From: Asterionella formosa
Lineage: Eukaryota
NCBI GenBank assembly: GCA_002256025.1
Contig: NKIB01014332.1
Coordinates: 1 to 44,707 of the forward strand
DNA: 44,707 bases
Reading direction: 5' to 3'
Shown here: one piece after another, positions 11,926 to 24,109 of the stretch
Position numbering within the stretch: the first letter of the stretch is position 1
How the letters are laid out: each line of letters opens with the position of its first letter
Notes under the pieces: model-generated
Told to the model about the DNA's origin: nothing
The model's database searches: none
Seen by the model: the letters and a program-made list of their open reading frames with translations, nothing else
Position numbers and translations under genes: made by a program

Positions 11926-12327
11926 TATATTTTATTTATTTTATTCATTTTAATAGACTATTATACTTCAATGCAAACCAGTACATATGTTGTTTCAAAC
12001 TCATCATCTAGAAATGAGGTGGCATGTATTCTTCTTGTTTTCTCTATTATTTGTTAACATTGTGCTATAAATTAATAGTTAAACACATCAGTAATAACAA
12101 CAAACAACATAGACAACAACAGCAACATGCCGAGCTCCAGTGGTGGCCGTCTTTTATCAGAAACTGGAGTTGATGGTAAGGGATGTCGGAATATAGTCAA
12201 CGAAGAAAATCAGAATTGGCGGTGTCCTACAATCAAATAATCTCCTCCCGCAACAATCGCATCTACCACATCTACCATTCAATCAGCTTTTCAACTAAGC
12301 AGCAATCAAGTCATCAATTATCCTTCA

Positions 12328-14420
12328 TTGTCAACATTGCTGCAAGAAAATGTGTTTTGCAAAAGTTTTGTTAGTACGTTTGTTAATGAATATAGTCTAC
12401 AAACTGTTCGTGACTCTGTAACTTACCTACAAAACAATAGTGCCTACCAAATTACAATGGAAGAGAAATTTGAATCCTTCTTGGAACAGGCCTTGTTAGA
12501 AACCTCAGCAAAGCATCCATTTATTATTGTGTCATCGGAGACATACTATGAGTTGGCAAGCGCCATCAAAACAACATGTTTGACCTGCCAGAAACAGGTT
12601 GCTAAACTCGAATCTGCAAGAAGCAATAACGATGAAGATTAGGACCATGGTTAGATAAAGAAATTAGAAGCAAAACGCTTTGCAATCATCAACCAGCAGT
12701 TTCTGCTTGGTTGTCACGAAGCTGGATTGGGACCTGGTGACGCAGACATCATTTGTTCCGCAATTGACTTACCTCTTGCAGCTGGATTTTGGTCAACCCA
12801 AGGTAATTATACTGCCATAGAAGAGAAGGTTGGTGAAGCGGAAGTGTCAACCACAGCTCTTGCTATGGAAGAGGCTTGTTGGGAGGAAATATACCAAACA
12901 CTGAATGTGCGTGAATGAGGCGATTGGGCTGAAAAAGGACAAGATTTTCCAGTGGTGGAATAATCTACCTATTTCAGAATGCGTGTCTGTAATCAATATG
13001 CTGCAACTCACCATTAGTTATGAAGTGGGCTGGCAGCAGCAATCCAGTGGGAATATGTACAACTCTGTAAGTAGACATGCATTCTGTATTGGTGGCTACA
13101 CAAGAAAGATACCAGACTATAGAGTAAAATCAAAGGTCTGTAATGTGTGCGACAGAGCGATCCGGTACAAGAGACCAATCAAGCTTGCTTCATGTCTGCC
13201 GCAAGAATCAAGTAACTGGAAGTTCCAAGGCAATGGAACCAGATGCAGGTGTGGAAATGATGGTTGATGCCATTACTAAATACAATGTTATCTACTCTAA
13301 AATCATCTGTGATGATGATTCTACAGTTCGAGCTGTTGCCAAATAGTCTTACAAGGAATTATCAAATCTACAGTCTGAATTTCAATTGCCAAGAACATTA
13401 AATGGTCCACTACATGTTCCAGAACCAAGGTTTCTTTCTGATCAATTGCACAGGATCCGATTTCTTCTCCACCCTGCCTTCCTGAAATTCAACGGACCAG
13501 TTTATGTAGAAATACCTTCCAAAGCAGGTTGTTTCCGACTTAAGATAAATTGTGGAGCTTGGATTTTAAAAAACGGAACCTCTCTCTAACCAAATTCGTT
13601 AGTTCTCCAAGGCCCCAATCAACCACTTGTTTGGTTGCCACAAATACTGCTCTGAGACGGTGTCCTGCAAAGGCTGGAAAAAGTGTTAGTAACAGAAAAT
13701 ATCATGACAAGGAAAAGGAAACGAAAATATACAAGTGGTTAATGTTAAATATTGCAACAAAAGTCGAAAGCGAAAAGCTCCTTTCATTGTATTTTCCCGC
13801 CTTCAATACAAAGTTGAATGAGGGAATGAAAAATGCAGTGGTGTGACTATGTCCAAAAAAGTTTTCCCTGGATATAGTGGACTAAATTACAGAGTGGCAT
13901 CGGTTGCTGGACAACAAATAGAAGGAGTTACAAAGTACAAGAAAGATGTATACAAACAATGTGGAAAAGACATGTCTCAACTACAAGAATCCTTCTGGAA
14001 ACAGAAGGAAAAGAGACAGAACAATGGTGCAGCCTACAAAGCGCAATTCAATGAAAAAGGAACCGAAAGGAAAAAATACATGCTTCATGATTTAAAACTG
14101 TCAAACAAGAAAGGCACAGCAATAAAATTGGAAAGACATACAGCTCTGGGGTGGCGTTAGTAGAAGACCAAGATCAGAAGGCCACAATGAAGAATGCAAA
14201 TGCACAATGCAAACATTTTGGCAAGAATGATCATCAGAGAAAAAGCAGCGCAATCTGTCCATTCTTTCAAGGCAAAGCGGATTATATTAGTACTGGTACT
14301 ACTGATATGGTAGCAGATACAGTACCAGCCAACACCCCCAAAAAATACATGTGCATCCAGTGTGGCTGGTGTAAGTTTGCAATGCCCTGCAAATCAGGCC
14401 AATCAAATGGAGGTAATTAA
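12328..14420 (+). pseudogene. DDE transposase remnant (Kolobok / PF20700-type)
   Basis: Fragments in expected order: ISYEVGWQQQSSG..YNSVSRH, KSKVCNVC, HVCRKN..GSSKAME, IICDDDS, SDQLHR, TKLNEGM, and a C-terminal knuckle CKHFGKNDHQRKSSAICP. Multiple stops and frameshifts. Confidence 0.75.
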
Positions 14421-15111
14421 TTCACATTGACCAATCACATTAAATACCAGTATATGGAAGTGGGCACTTACAATGGAATTTGGTGGACAGGATATTTTAG
14501 GAATAAAACTTCCAGAGCACCACTACTATTCTGATGATAATGTTTTGGCTCATAGTCATTCTGATTCCAATATTTTGGTGACCATAGTAGAAAAGGCCAA
14601 TTTTGTCGAATTTTTGGACAATGATAGCTCAACGTTGGCTGGGTCTGAAGGCAATTTAGATACATAGGTAACTTTCAAATAGCATCAGTATATTATCTTC
14701 TGGCAAGAAGCTGCAGAAAGGATCTTTGGTTTTTTTTACTATACCACCAGATAAGCAGATTTCCCCTGAATTTTCGAGTCCTTTGATCACATTAAAAAAA
14801 CCGAGTTTCTTGCCAGATCCTATATTCTGATGATATGTAGAGTGGACCTACACCCCTACTTTGTGAGAAGATTGTATGTAAGCATATATGGAAAGGGTGT
14901 CTATTGGTGAAAGCTCCATTGAGCATTATACATGTTTATTTCATATGACTAATGAGAGCTACTCTAGCTAGGTACACTGCTGTTTTATTCTATCTGAATC
15001 TGAAGTAATCATAATCAATCTATAGCCCGGATGAGCTCAAATAGCGTCAAAAGTTATCATGTTAATTCATTGACTTTCAAGTGATTCAATCCAACGCAGC
15101 CCACTCAACTC

Positions 15112-18100
15112 TTAATGCATCGAAACTCGAATCTCGCCATCTAATCCACGAATTTCTTCCATGAAAAGTCGCAGCACCATGAATCCGCCGTTTACACCAC
15201 CATCGGCATTGGCGGCCATCCAGTCAAAAGACAACTCGACTTGCTTCTTTAAAATACTCGAGCCACTTCGAGATACACCGATCGATCTGTGTGCCAACAG
15301 AGTTCGACGCTGCGGTGAACCCAATACTATTGCCAGAGTAAGGGACTCGTCGACGGGCTTGGTGTTCACATTGCGTATACTACCTTTACCATAATCAATA
15401 CTTATGGTAAGGTTGAGTTTACCAATTGATTTGTTGCTTGTCTTGTCCACGATATGAAGAACTTTCATTTCGTCAATCGAATACACTGGAATGCTGTAAA
15501 CTGCATCAAGCATACGATCGATTTGTGGCATTCGACCCTTAATAAGCGGCTGCAGATAACGAACCGCATCCGGTCGAGGCATGTGTCGAAGGGACCACAG
15601 CTTCGGAGCTTCCTTGTCGCCAAGTTCTGACTCGATCTCCATGTGACGCAGGGCATCAGGGGAGAATCCCGGAAGACATTGCAAAGGATCGTCACTAACT
15701 ACCGAACGAGTTGCAATTAATTGACGAGCTCGCGAAATTTGACAAATTAGTTCAAAGGAGCCAGCAGTTTGGTAGTCATGGACTGCAACAAAGTGCATGG
15801 CCGCCAACAGACGTGGAACTTGACTTAAAACAGTTTTGGTATCGTTGATGTAATCCGAAATTGGAAGCTTGGCGCGCTCGAGGAATGCTTGTAGCAGCAG
15901 AAAACACTTGGTATGGGGATCTGCCATCACATCCAAATTTCGATAATTTTTGCGGTGCTTCCCAGGATCACGATTCTTACTGGACATGACTTCGGAAATG
16001 TCGGCACCCCACATAAGGTCGTCACTGAGATCAGCATTCAGATACTCTTCATTGTGGCGAACAGGAAGCTCGTCGAACTCATGTGTGCTGGCGAGTGAAT
16101 AGAGCAGTGATGCAATCGAGATTTCGTCGATGCGATCCCAGCGTTGGAAGTGTCGTAATTCCTTGGCATTTCCAGCATCAAATGGTACTTGAGCTTCAAA
16201 TTCGCTTAATAGTGCCATGATAGCTTTGCTTACTTCCTTTACGCCAACAAGCATCTGCTTGGGCGTTCGATATTGCAAGTAGTAGTTTGCTGCTGCTTGT
16301 CCTAACAACGTTGGTTTTACGGAGCGATCTTCACCAGATGGCTCACCCAATTCAACGCATTTGTGCTCCTCCAGATTGCCCAAAGCATTCTTGACTGCGC
16401 CAATTAGAAAATCGTCAACATCCTCGCTACAACCGGATTTAGCGCCGTAGAAGGAAGGGTTTGCCTTCACCCGCCTGGCATAAAAGGTCCAGGACAAGTA
16501 ACCAACAGCATCAACAATGGAAGTGATAGTCCTAGTTGCAACTTCAGCATTCAGATTCTCACACATTCGCTCGCCCAAGCACGACTCCAGTGGAAATGGA
16601 GAGTAGAGAAATTTTTTGTAGAAATTTTTCTTGTCTTCCGCGACCATAACAAGGGCTGTTCCTTTTGTATCAAAGCCTGGACGGCCTGCACGTCCAATCA
16701 TTTGCAAAACGTCAGTAAGTGGAAAGTCGACATATCTGGAAGTTTTCCCATCAAAATATTCTGTTCCTTTCACAATCACAAAATGAGCTGGTAAGTTCAC
16801 ACCCCATGCCAGAGTACTTGTTGCAACCAAAACTCTGATTTGACCCTCTAAAAAGAGCTTCTGTGTCATGTCTCTGTCATTAGTCGACAACCCAGCATGA
16901 TGAATACCAATGCCGTATGTGATTGTGTGGCGAAGCGACTCATCTTCAATTGATTCGGCTATCGATTCAATGTAGTCCTCTGAACATCCGAGAAAAATCT
17001 TAGCATTTTCGTCACCAGCAGCGAAACTAATAATATCCATAGCAGTAAGTCGTGTCTGGCGTCGAGATGCAACGAAGATAAGTGTAGGCTTGGTGGGAGA
17101 ATGTTCTTTTATTGCCGCATAACAAGGTTTGTTCATTGTTGCCATTCTTGGACAATAGTGACGACCTGGGTATCCTTGAATATGCACTGTCATTGGAATG
17201 GGACGAACTGATGGGCGAAAGTTGTATAGTCCCCGCATTTTGTATAAACCGCGGCTTTTTGTGTCAATACCAAGCCAATCAGCAAGGTCATATGGATTAG
17301 CGAGGGCCGTCGACAGCCCAATGAGACGAGTGTACTCATGTTGCTGTCTGTCTATGTTCTCGACATACTTCGATATGAATCTCGTTCTGCTTACTATGGC
17401 CTCTAGGACAGCACCACGCTCTTCACCTAGCAAATGGATCTCATCAATAACAAGTAAGCGAACTTGTTTCACAAATTCTTTACCATTCGAAACATTGCTA
17501 TCAACCGAAAAGTCGTTGCCGCGCCAACCACGAGAAATCAAGTCCCATTTTTCAGGAGTGCAAACAAGGACATCCGCTGTGCTCAGGGCTTTCTTGTCAT
17601 GACTTGTGTCACCTGACAGTTCCAACACTTTCCATTTTAGAGGAGCTGATCCCAGTCTCCTCTGCCATTCTTGTAGCCGCTCTCTGGCAAGCGATTTGAG
17701 CGGAGCAATATACACACAAATTCCTTTCGGGTGCAAACGCTTCATTCTCAGCAGAGCCAACTCAGCAACAATGGTTTTTCCTGAGCCAGTCGGAGCACCG
17801 AGAAAGACAGGGGAATCGGTATGGTATAGCACGTGAAACAATTGAGTTTGAATTGGGTTGAACGTATCATAACCCATGTACAACTTCTCAAAGTCGGGGT
17901 TATGGAGAGCAGATGTTGGCAACGGGGTCAAGTTGATAAGATCGGTGTGAACTGTCTCCTGTTCTGGTATCTGTACATGCCTGAACGAAACAGGAACGAC
18001 CATTTCCACTCCCACCCAAGTGTCAGAAATCACTCTCAAATAATATTGATTCGGAAGAGGATCAAATGTGGGGATTGTGAGATCTAGTGTGAGTGCATCA

Positions 18101-21100
18101 GGGTGAGTCCTCCGAGAAAATATCACATGCTCATGGTGATAAATGCGATTGTTATCGTTGTCTTCTACCCACAGCCAAAAAGATTGCGCTCCTCCATGCC
18201 AGCGAGTATGCCAGTTGAATCTAGGTCTCAAAGTAATATGAAATCGAAGGACACTACTTGACACAGGCTGGACCGTACACTCAATTTCAATTCTTGGCAG
18301 CATTCCAATTAGCTTCTGTACTTTGTCACCTTCCTTTTTTAGATGGATGAGCTGACCGACCTCTTGATGTTGCATGTCGAGAAGCGACAAGGTGAATTCA
18401 AACTGATCATAACCAACATCTTTAATGCCTTTCTTGCTCTCGAGCGCACTGAACACCTGTGCCTGCAATTCACCCTCAAACTGACGCAATGGCGACTGAA
18501 ACCACCATATTCTCTTGTCAATCGACTTGGCGATTCGCAATAGCTTGACAGCAGGTCCTGCCATGCTTCGTCTGAGACACATTTCAAACATAGCTCGAGC
18601 TACACGTCCCGCATTTGACGCAATGTAGTTCGTGTCAGATATTAAAGTAAAGCTCCGAATGCTGTAGCGAGAGATGAATGCTTGCATTAAGACATAGGCC
18701 TTATCAGACGGTTCATGAAGTGGCATCGCGACTTTCAAAGGACAGGCCTTTGGGATAAAATCCTCGATTTCGCCGAATTCTTCTTGGCGTATCTTCACAT
18801 TTTCAAACTCGGTCGCGCAGCAAATCAAATAGCAAAGTTCAGCATCCGTCAGAGGTGCACCACTTGCCAGCTTTTCGTTGAAAACAGCAACACTTGCAAC
18901 TTGGATGTAGAAATTGGCAGAAACACGACCCAAATTAGTTGCTGCTAAGTTCCCGGAATTAACATCATATCTCAACATCTGGTTTTCATCCAACAACTTT
19001 GCAGCATGCTGTACCAACTCCATACTTCGACCTCGTAGCATAGGGTCGTCGGCCTTTTGATCCTCAGTGATTCCATAAGCAAGAGGGTTCTTTAACATTC
19101 GGACGTGAAGATACGTGTAGTTCAACCATGTCGCCGCTTCCTGTATATTGGTGACAGTCCCTCCGACGACTTCTGCATTCAGATGATCTGCCAGTTGCTT
19201 GATGAAACTACTTTCGATAGGTACTGCTCTGACAAGCTTGTCAAGGTATCTGGCGAGTCCGTCATGGCTTGTGATAAGTGTTGCTTCCCCAGAAGAATCA
19301 AACTGTGGTCGGCCAGCTCGACCGAATATCTGCTGTACATCGAGGATACTGAGGTCCATCATTCCACCTTTTTCGGGATTGTAAACTTCAGTTCCTTTGA
19401 TAACGACCGTATGAGCAGGAAGGTTGATACCCCACGCCAACGTTGCAGTACACGCCAGCACCTTTATGGCGCCATCATGGAAAAGTTGTTCAGTGAGCTT
19501 TCGGTCGCCTCTCAACATGCCCGCGTGATGAATACCAAGCCCATTTGCAAAATGAAGAGCGACCTCGCGATTTCGACTCTTTTTGACACGATCAGCGTAC
19601 CTTTTGTGAGCCTCGCCGTTAATGCCTTCTTTGCCCTGGGTTATAAAGAGGGGCTCTAACTCACCTTGCTCTTGGGCTTTTGCTGTAAGAGCTGACACGG
19701 TCTCCCCCGTTCCTTTTCTTGAATGAACAAATACCATAACTTGATATCCTCTGCGTAGCGAGTCGACAACAACATCATAGCAGACCTCATTCATCTTTTT
19801 ATCCCTTGCGTACCGATCTCTAGTCGAGGAAGTCACTCCGATAAAAGTCTGTTGAAGGGGAACTGGTCTATGTTCTGGACCAAAGTAGAATAAACCGCCA
19901 GCAGGAACTTGCAAGAATGCGGCCACGTCTTGATAATTGGGCAACGTAGCTGATAGACCAACAATTCTAACCTGTCGTTGCCGACTTTCGACCAGGCGAT
20001 GGAGGCGAGCTACAACACTTTCGATGACAGCTCCACGGTCGTCGGCTAGGAGGTGAACCTCATCGATGATCAGCAGCCCACATTGGTTACCAAGAGAGTT
20101 TTCGTCGCTTCCAGACTTGCGCGTAACAACATCCCATTTTTCAGGAGTTGTCACAAGGACATGTGCAGCATCTGCTTCGGCTCGGGTGAGCTGCATATCT
20201 CCAGTTAACTCCTTCACAATCAAATGGAGGGTTGGTCTCAATTTAGAATCGAATTTTTCAACAATTTCCTGGGCTAAAGCCTTCATTGGAGCAATATAGA
20301 CAACTTTCTTTCCAGTTTCCACCAAGGATTTCCCTTCGAAACCAGGAATAAGTCCAACATCACGAAAGTGCGCCATCACAGCTAGTAAAGCAACGTTTGT
20401 CTTTCCAGCTCCTGTCGGCGCACAAACCAGCATGTTGTCTCTTCGAGTAAACGCTGTTTCAAAGACAGTGCTTTGCATGGGGTTCAATGTGGTGGTTCCA
20501 CTGAATGCTTTGCGACATTGCTCGTCTAAAATTTCGGCAACATGCAGTCGTCGATGCAAATCCTTTTCATCACGGTGTGCGGCGGGAATGGTCACCTTTT
20601 CAAAGCCGTTTCCAAACTCTCGCTCAGTTCCTTTTGGTAATCCTTGTTTCTCCGCATATTCTCGTGTACCCTCGGGCATGAGTGAATGCTGCAGCTGCAA
20701 TAGTTCGTCTTTTGACACTCCCATAAGACCACCGTTCCCTAGAGCGGCGTTGTTGATAGCGATGAAAGCGGAGTCGTCGAGGATGGCTCCGCCTTCTTTC
20801 GCTGCTTTCAAGGCCTTCTCTGCTCGCTTTTCCGCCTTTTCGGCGGCTTTTAGAAGCTGAAGCTCTGACTTGCGAGTAACTGTATGAGTTCCACCGCCGT
20901 TTACAACCCGTCTAAGATCGGCTTCCTCTCTCGCAATCGCCGCGACATGGGCTGTATTTTGTGCTTCCTGAAGCAAGCGTTCACGTCGCTGTACTTCCGG
21001 ATCCATGACGCTTGCCGCCGGGGCAGTCACTGCGTTATCCTGTGGTAGATCACGTTCTGGAATTCTCTTGATGTCTTTCATGTGCTCTGCCACTTGAAAC

Positions 21101-21426
21101 ATGACTTCCATGCCCGACTCGCCGAGGGCGTCGAAGAGCGCTCCCTGCTGTTGAGCTTCGTCGGGAAGCTGAGCTGCTGACCAAATGGCTCTCACCAAAA
21201 AATGAGGACCTAACTGAGAAGGTACATTTGAACATAATTTCATCAGCCATGCAGCGTCGATTTTCCCCACTGATGCGAGCTGTTCTCCTTGAAGGCGTAC
21301 CAATACTTGTCGGAGGGAGTCCGCCAAGAAGCGAGCAGCTTCTGTTGCCTTGTTCCACTCATTTTGAGAAAGCTGAGGCAACTCATAGGTTCTCTCTTGT
21401 TCTATCTGAAGGAGTGCCTCTTCCAT
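15112..21426 (-). CDS. ASCC3: Ski2-like tandem helicase ASCC3/Slh1 (2104 aa, apparently intronless)
   Basis: Two helicase cassettes (APTGAGKT/DEVH/QIFGRAGRP and APTGSGKT/DEIH/QMIGRAGRP), each followed by a Sec63 region. HYCPRMATMNKP favours ASCC3 over Brr2. Confidence 0.93.
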   Translation of the reverse strand: MEEALLQIEQERTYELPQLSQNEWNKATEAARFLADSLRQVLVRLQGEQLASVGKIDAAWLMKLCSNVPSQLGPHFLVRAIWSAAQLPDEAQQQGALFDALGESGMEVMFQVAEHMKDIKRIPERDLPQDNAVTAPAASVMDPEVQRRERLLQEAQNTAHVAAIAREEADLRRVVNGGGTHTVTRKSELQLLKAAEKAEKRAEKALKAAKEGGAILDDSAFIAINNAALGNGGLMGVSKDELLQLQHSLMPEGTREYAEKQGLPKGTEREFGNGFEKVTIPAAHRDEKDLHRRLHVAEILDEQCRKAFSGTTTLNPMQSTVFETAFTRRDNMLVCAPTGAGKTNVALLAVMAHFRDVGLIPGFEGKSLVETGKKVVYIAPMKALAQEIVEKFDSKLRPTLHLIVKELTGDMQLTRAEADAAHVLVTTPEKWDVVTRKSGSDENSLGNQCGLLIIDEVHLLADDRGAVIESVVARLHRLVESRQRQVRIVGLSATLPNYQDVAAFLQVPAGGLFYFGPEHRPVPLQQTFIGVTSSTRDRYARDKKMNEVCYDVVVDSLRRGYQVMVFVHSRKGTGETVSALTAKAQEQGELEPLFITQGKEGINGEAHKRYADRVKKSRNREVALHFANGLGIHHAGMLRGDRKLTEQLFHDGAIKVLACTATLAWGINLPAHTVVIKGTEVYNPEKGGMMDLSILDVQQIFGRAGRPQFDSSGEATLITSHDGLARYLDKLVRAVPIESSFIKQLADHLNAEVVGGTVTNIQEAATWLNYTYLHVRMLKNPLAYGITEDQKADDPMLRGRSMELVQHAAKLLDENQMLRYDVNSGNLAATNLGRVSANFYIQVASVAVFNEKLASGAPLTDAELCYLICCATEFENVKIRQEEFGEIEDFIPKACPLKVAMPLHEPSDKAYVLMQAFISRYSIRSFTLISDTNYIASNAGRVARAMFEMCLRRSMAGPAVKLLRIAKSIDKRIWWFQSPLRQFEGELQAQVFSALESKKGIKDVGYDQFEFTLSLLDMQHQEVGQLIHLKKEGDKVQKLIGMLPRIEIECTVQPVSSSVLRFHITLRPRFNWHTRWHGGAQSFWLWVEDNDNNRIYHHEHVIFSRRTHPDALTLDLTIPTFDPLPNQYYLRVISDTWVGVEMVVPVSFRHVQIPEQETVHTDLINLTPLPTSALHNPDFEKLYMGYDTFNPIQTQLFHVLYHTDSPVFLGAPTGSGKTIVAELALLRMKRLHPKGICVYIAPLKSLARERLQEWQRRLGSAPLKWKVLELSGDTSHDKKALSTADVLVCTPEKWDLISRGWRGNDFSVDSNVSNGKEFVKQVRLLVIDEIHLLGEERGAVLEAIVSRTRFISKYVENIDRQQHEYTRLIGLSTALANPYDLADWLGIDTKSRGLYKMRGLYNFRPSVRPIPMTVHIQGYPGRHYCPRMATMNKPCYAAIKEHSPTKPTLIFVASRRQTRLTAMDIISFAAGDENAKIFLGCSEDYIESIAESIEDESLRHTITYGIGIHHAGLSTNDRDMTQKLFLEGQIRVLVATSTLAWGVNLPAHFVIVKGTEYFDGKTSRYVDFPLTDVLQMIGRAGRPGFDTKGTALVMVAEDKKNFYKKFLYSPFPLESCLGERMCENLNAEVATRTITSIVDAVGYLSWTFYARRVKANPSFYGAKSGCSEDVDDFLIGAVKNALGNLEEHKCVELGEPSGEDRSVKPTLLGQAAANYYLQYRTPKQMLVGVKEVSKAIMALLSEFEAQVPFDAGNAKELRHFQRWDRIDEISIASLLYSLASTHEFDELPVRHNEEYLNADLSDDLMWGADISEVMSSKNRDPGKHRKNYRNLDVMADPHTKCFLLLQAFLERAKLPISDYINDTKTVLSQVPRLLAAMHFVAVHDYQTAGSFELICQISRARQLIATRSVVSDDPLQCLPGFSPDALRHMEIESELGDKEAPKLWSLRHMPRPDAVRYLQPLIKGRMPQIDRMLDAVYSIPVYSIDEMKVLHIVDKTSNKSIGKLNLTISIDYGKGSIRNVNTKPVDESLTLAIVLGSPQRRTLLAHRSIGVSRSGSSILKKQVELSFDWMAANADGGVNGGFMVLRLFMEEIRGLDGEIRVSMH

Positions 21427-22398
21427 ACTTCTCGGTAAATAACAGGCGTTGTTTAGTTCAGCCTGCCGCTGTGGTGGGAATCATGCAATGTATGCATGGG
21501 AAACGAAAACCTTTGTTTGCTCCTTGTACATAGAGTAAGTTTACATACGGTACCGGTAGATTGTGAAGCACAAAATATATGCCGGTTTAGATAAGATTGA
21601 TGGGCGATTTCGTCTGTTCTCTACCGTTTCTTCCACTTCCCACCCATATAATGTCGGCATAACAAGGTACCAGGTACCGGTACCAGGGTACCCTGGTACC
21701 ACGTACCAGGTAACTTGTACCCGGTACATAGTGTACTCCGTACCAGTATAGGTATATACCTGTTAATTGCAACCAGACGCTGCCTTTCATGAAGCGCAAG
21801 CTCCGAAAATTCTCCGGCTAATATAATAGCCCTTCCTATTTAAATATTGTTCCGAACCCGATGGTGTATATAATTTATGTTCTAAATAGTCTACCGGTAG
21901 AATTAGATGAACCTGACCTCGATTTATTTTTGGCGCGTTCTTCGTAGAATCGCACCCGATTGGAATATTTGCTCTGGACCCCTTCGTTACCGTGGTAGTC
22001 AATAGACATAAATAAGAATACATGAGAATTTCAGGAAGCCAAAATCAGATGAATAATTTCAGAAATGCTCCTTATTCATAAACGAGGATACATCATCCGA
22101 TTTTCTCCCAGTATCAATTTTCGATCCTTTCTATATCCGATACTAACGAATGCGCGAAACGTTTAGAGGGATGTTCAGAAGAAAGTATGAATACATGATT
22201 ATATAGACTTCCTTTTATAATATTTCAGGGCCGTAGTACTGTATCAAATTGTAACCCGGTTGGCAGGACCCAAATTTGTTTTACGGACTAGCAAAACCTC
22301 GGATAAAATGTGTTGAGAGTAAGTAATGTGCACATGCTGAACACAGCTACAATCTTTTCTTCCAATAGGTTGATGAGAGTGACAGGTATTGAGAAAGG

Positions 22399-23385
22399 AT
22401 GTGTAGTCACCATGTTCCGTATTATGTCGATCATTCGTTAGATGAGACTGAGGATATCCTTGCAGTGATGCGAATGAACGAATCTGGAAAGTATGAGATA
22501 AGTGATTACTTGAATCTGCCGGACAGAGCCTCGTTAACTGCAAACGTTGAACAAGTCGACGAGGCATGGAGGCAAAGGATGTGCGAGTGGATGTATGGGG
22601 TTGTGGATCACTGTAACTTTCGACGAGATATCGTAGGCATCAGCGCTGCGTATCTCGATCTTTGCCTGTCGAAGGATACCCAAGTCATTAATTCGAGGCG
22701 TACCTACCAATTGGCTGCAATGACATCTCTCTACCTCGCCATGAAGGTGTACGATACATCTTATGTGAAACTTGAGAGCCTCATCAAATTGGGACGGGGT
22801 CTCTTTCGAACAGAAGATGTCATCGAGATGGAGCAGCAAATTCTAACAAAGCTTCAGTGGAACGTCCATCCGCCTACTGCCATGTGTTTCCTTCGACACT
22901 ACATGCGCCTTTTTCCCAGCACAATGGCATACTCTACATCATACATGATTGCAGAAATATCTCGATTTGTTGCAGAAATATCAATTTGCCTGTACAAATT
23001 TGTCAAGTACCCTCGATCAGTAATTGCTTGTAAGTACTGCTGCGTGTATGAAGCAACTATTTGCTCCTGAGCTACATTCTTACTTATTATTTAATACTCA
23101 GACTCGGCCCTTCTTATTGCCATTGATGTTATTGACGAATCCACTTTACCTTCTTGGCAACGCCAAATAATATTCACCCGCATGACTGATATCGCTAAGA
23201 TGCCACATACCTGTAGTGAAATTCGAACCGTGACGAAGAAGCTTCGTGCGTCCTTCGAAAAGAATGTTGATTTGAAGGCCCTCATGTCGACTATTGATCC
23301 AAACTGCCATGTGGCAAATAATGGATCTAAACAACGCTCTGCAGAGGATGGGTCTCCTAAGGGTGTTGTCCGCGTCACAAACTAG
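22399..23385 (+). CDS. Cyclin of the diatom-specific (dsCYC) type, 2 exons: 22399-23029, 23102-23385; 304 aa
   Basis: Cyclin box WRQRMCEWMYGVVDHC..AAYLD..YQLAAMTSLYLAMK..MEQQILTKLQWNVHPPT. A GT-AG intron at 23030-23101 restores YPRSVIAYSALLIA. Confidence 0.88.
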
Positions 23386-24109
23386 GTTCATTCATTCTCA
23401 TCAAGGGGATAAGTTCCGCTGATAGACAATCACGAGTGGCACACTGCTGCATCACTTGTAGCCTTCAGCATTTGCAAACTCTCATTCATCCTGAGGTTAC
23501 AAAATACACATTTTTCTTAATTGCATTATTAAATGATTGGCTAATAGAAACTATTCTACACGCCCTTACTGTGTATTATGGTGGAGCAAGGTTATCGGTA
23601 GGTGCTCTTCGCAAAGTTTGATTCCTATCGTTGAAGCAATATTATCTATAATGTATATTCATGCCGGATTATATAGAATCAAACCAAAATAAGATACCGG
23701 TAAATACCGTTATAGCTAATTTTTACTTGTTTCTGTGACTTCTCATTCTTGGTGACAGTGTGAATCAAATCGTGTTCTTGAGCATCATGTATTTACTCGA
23801 ATGTATGCGTCATAGTACAGATATTATGTCGATCACGCATAGAAATAAATGTCCAGCCATGAGTGCATTATTCTGTGACTCGCCGGATTCGTCGGGAAAC
23901 AATTTTAAACACGTCAACCTGTTCAGAATTCTTGGATCACATCAAATATACCGGTTGTACTTTATACCGTATACCGGTATATCGGTGATCTGAATGCCTA
24001 AACATACAACCAAATCTTTTGATAAAAACCTTGCAGCTAGATATATATACCGGTAGTTGCGGACTAGCAAAATTCATGGGACAGATGCACCCTGTACTGA
24101 TATTTTCTC

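Larger units (their letters stand above)
10600..14450 (+). mobile_element. Decayed Kolobok-like DNA transposon (KolX-like ORF plus DDE transposase); ends not defined
   Basis: Palindrome-rich leader, then a P2X7-C/KolX-like ORF, then a fragmented DDE transposase, all on the + strand. Confidence 0.7.

Noticed and set aside
15161..21533. Many short ORFs overlapping ASCC3 (likewise within ARP6, CCP1, SLY1 and the carbamoyltransferase)
   Set aside because: Antisense or alternate-frame shadows of well-supported genes with no motifs.
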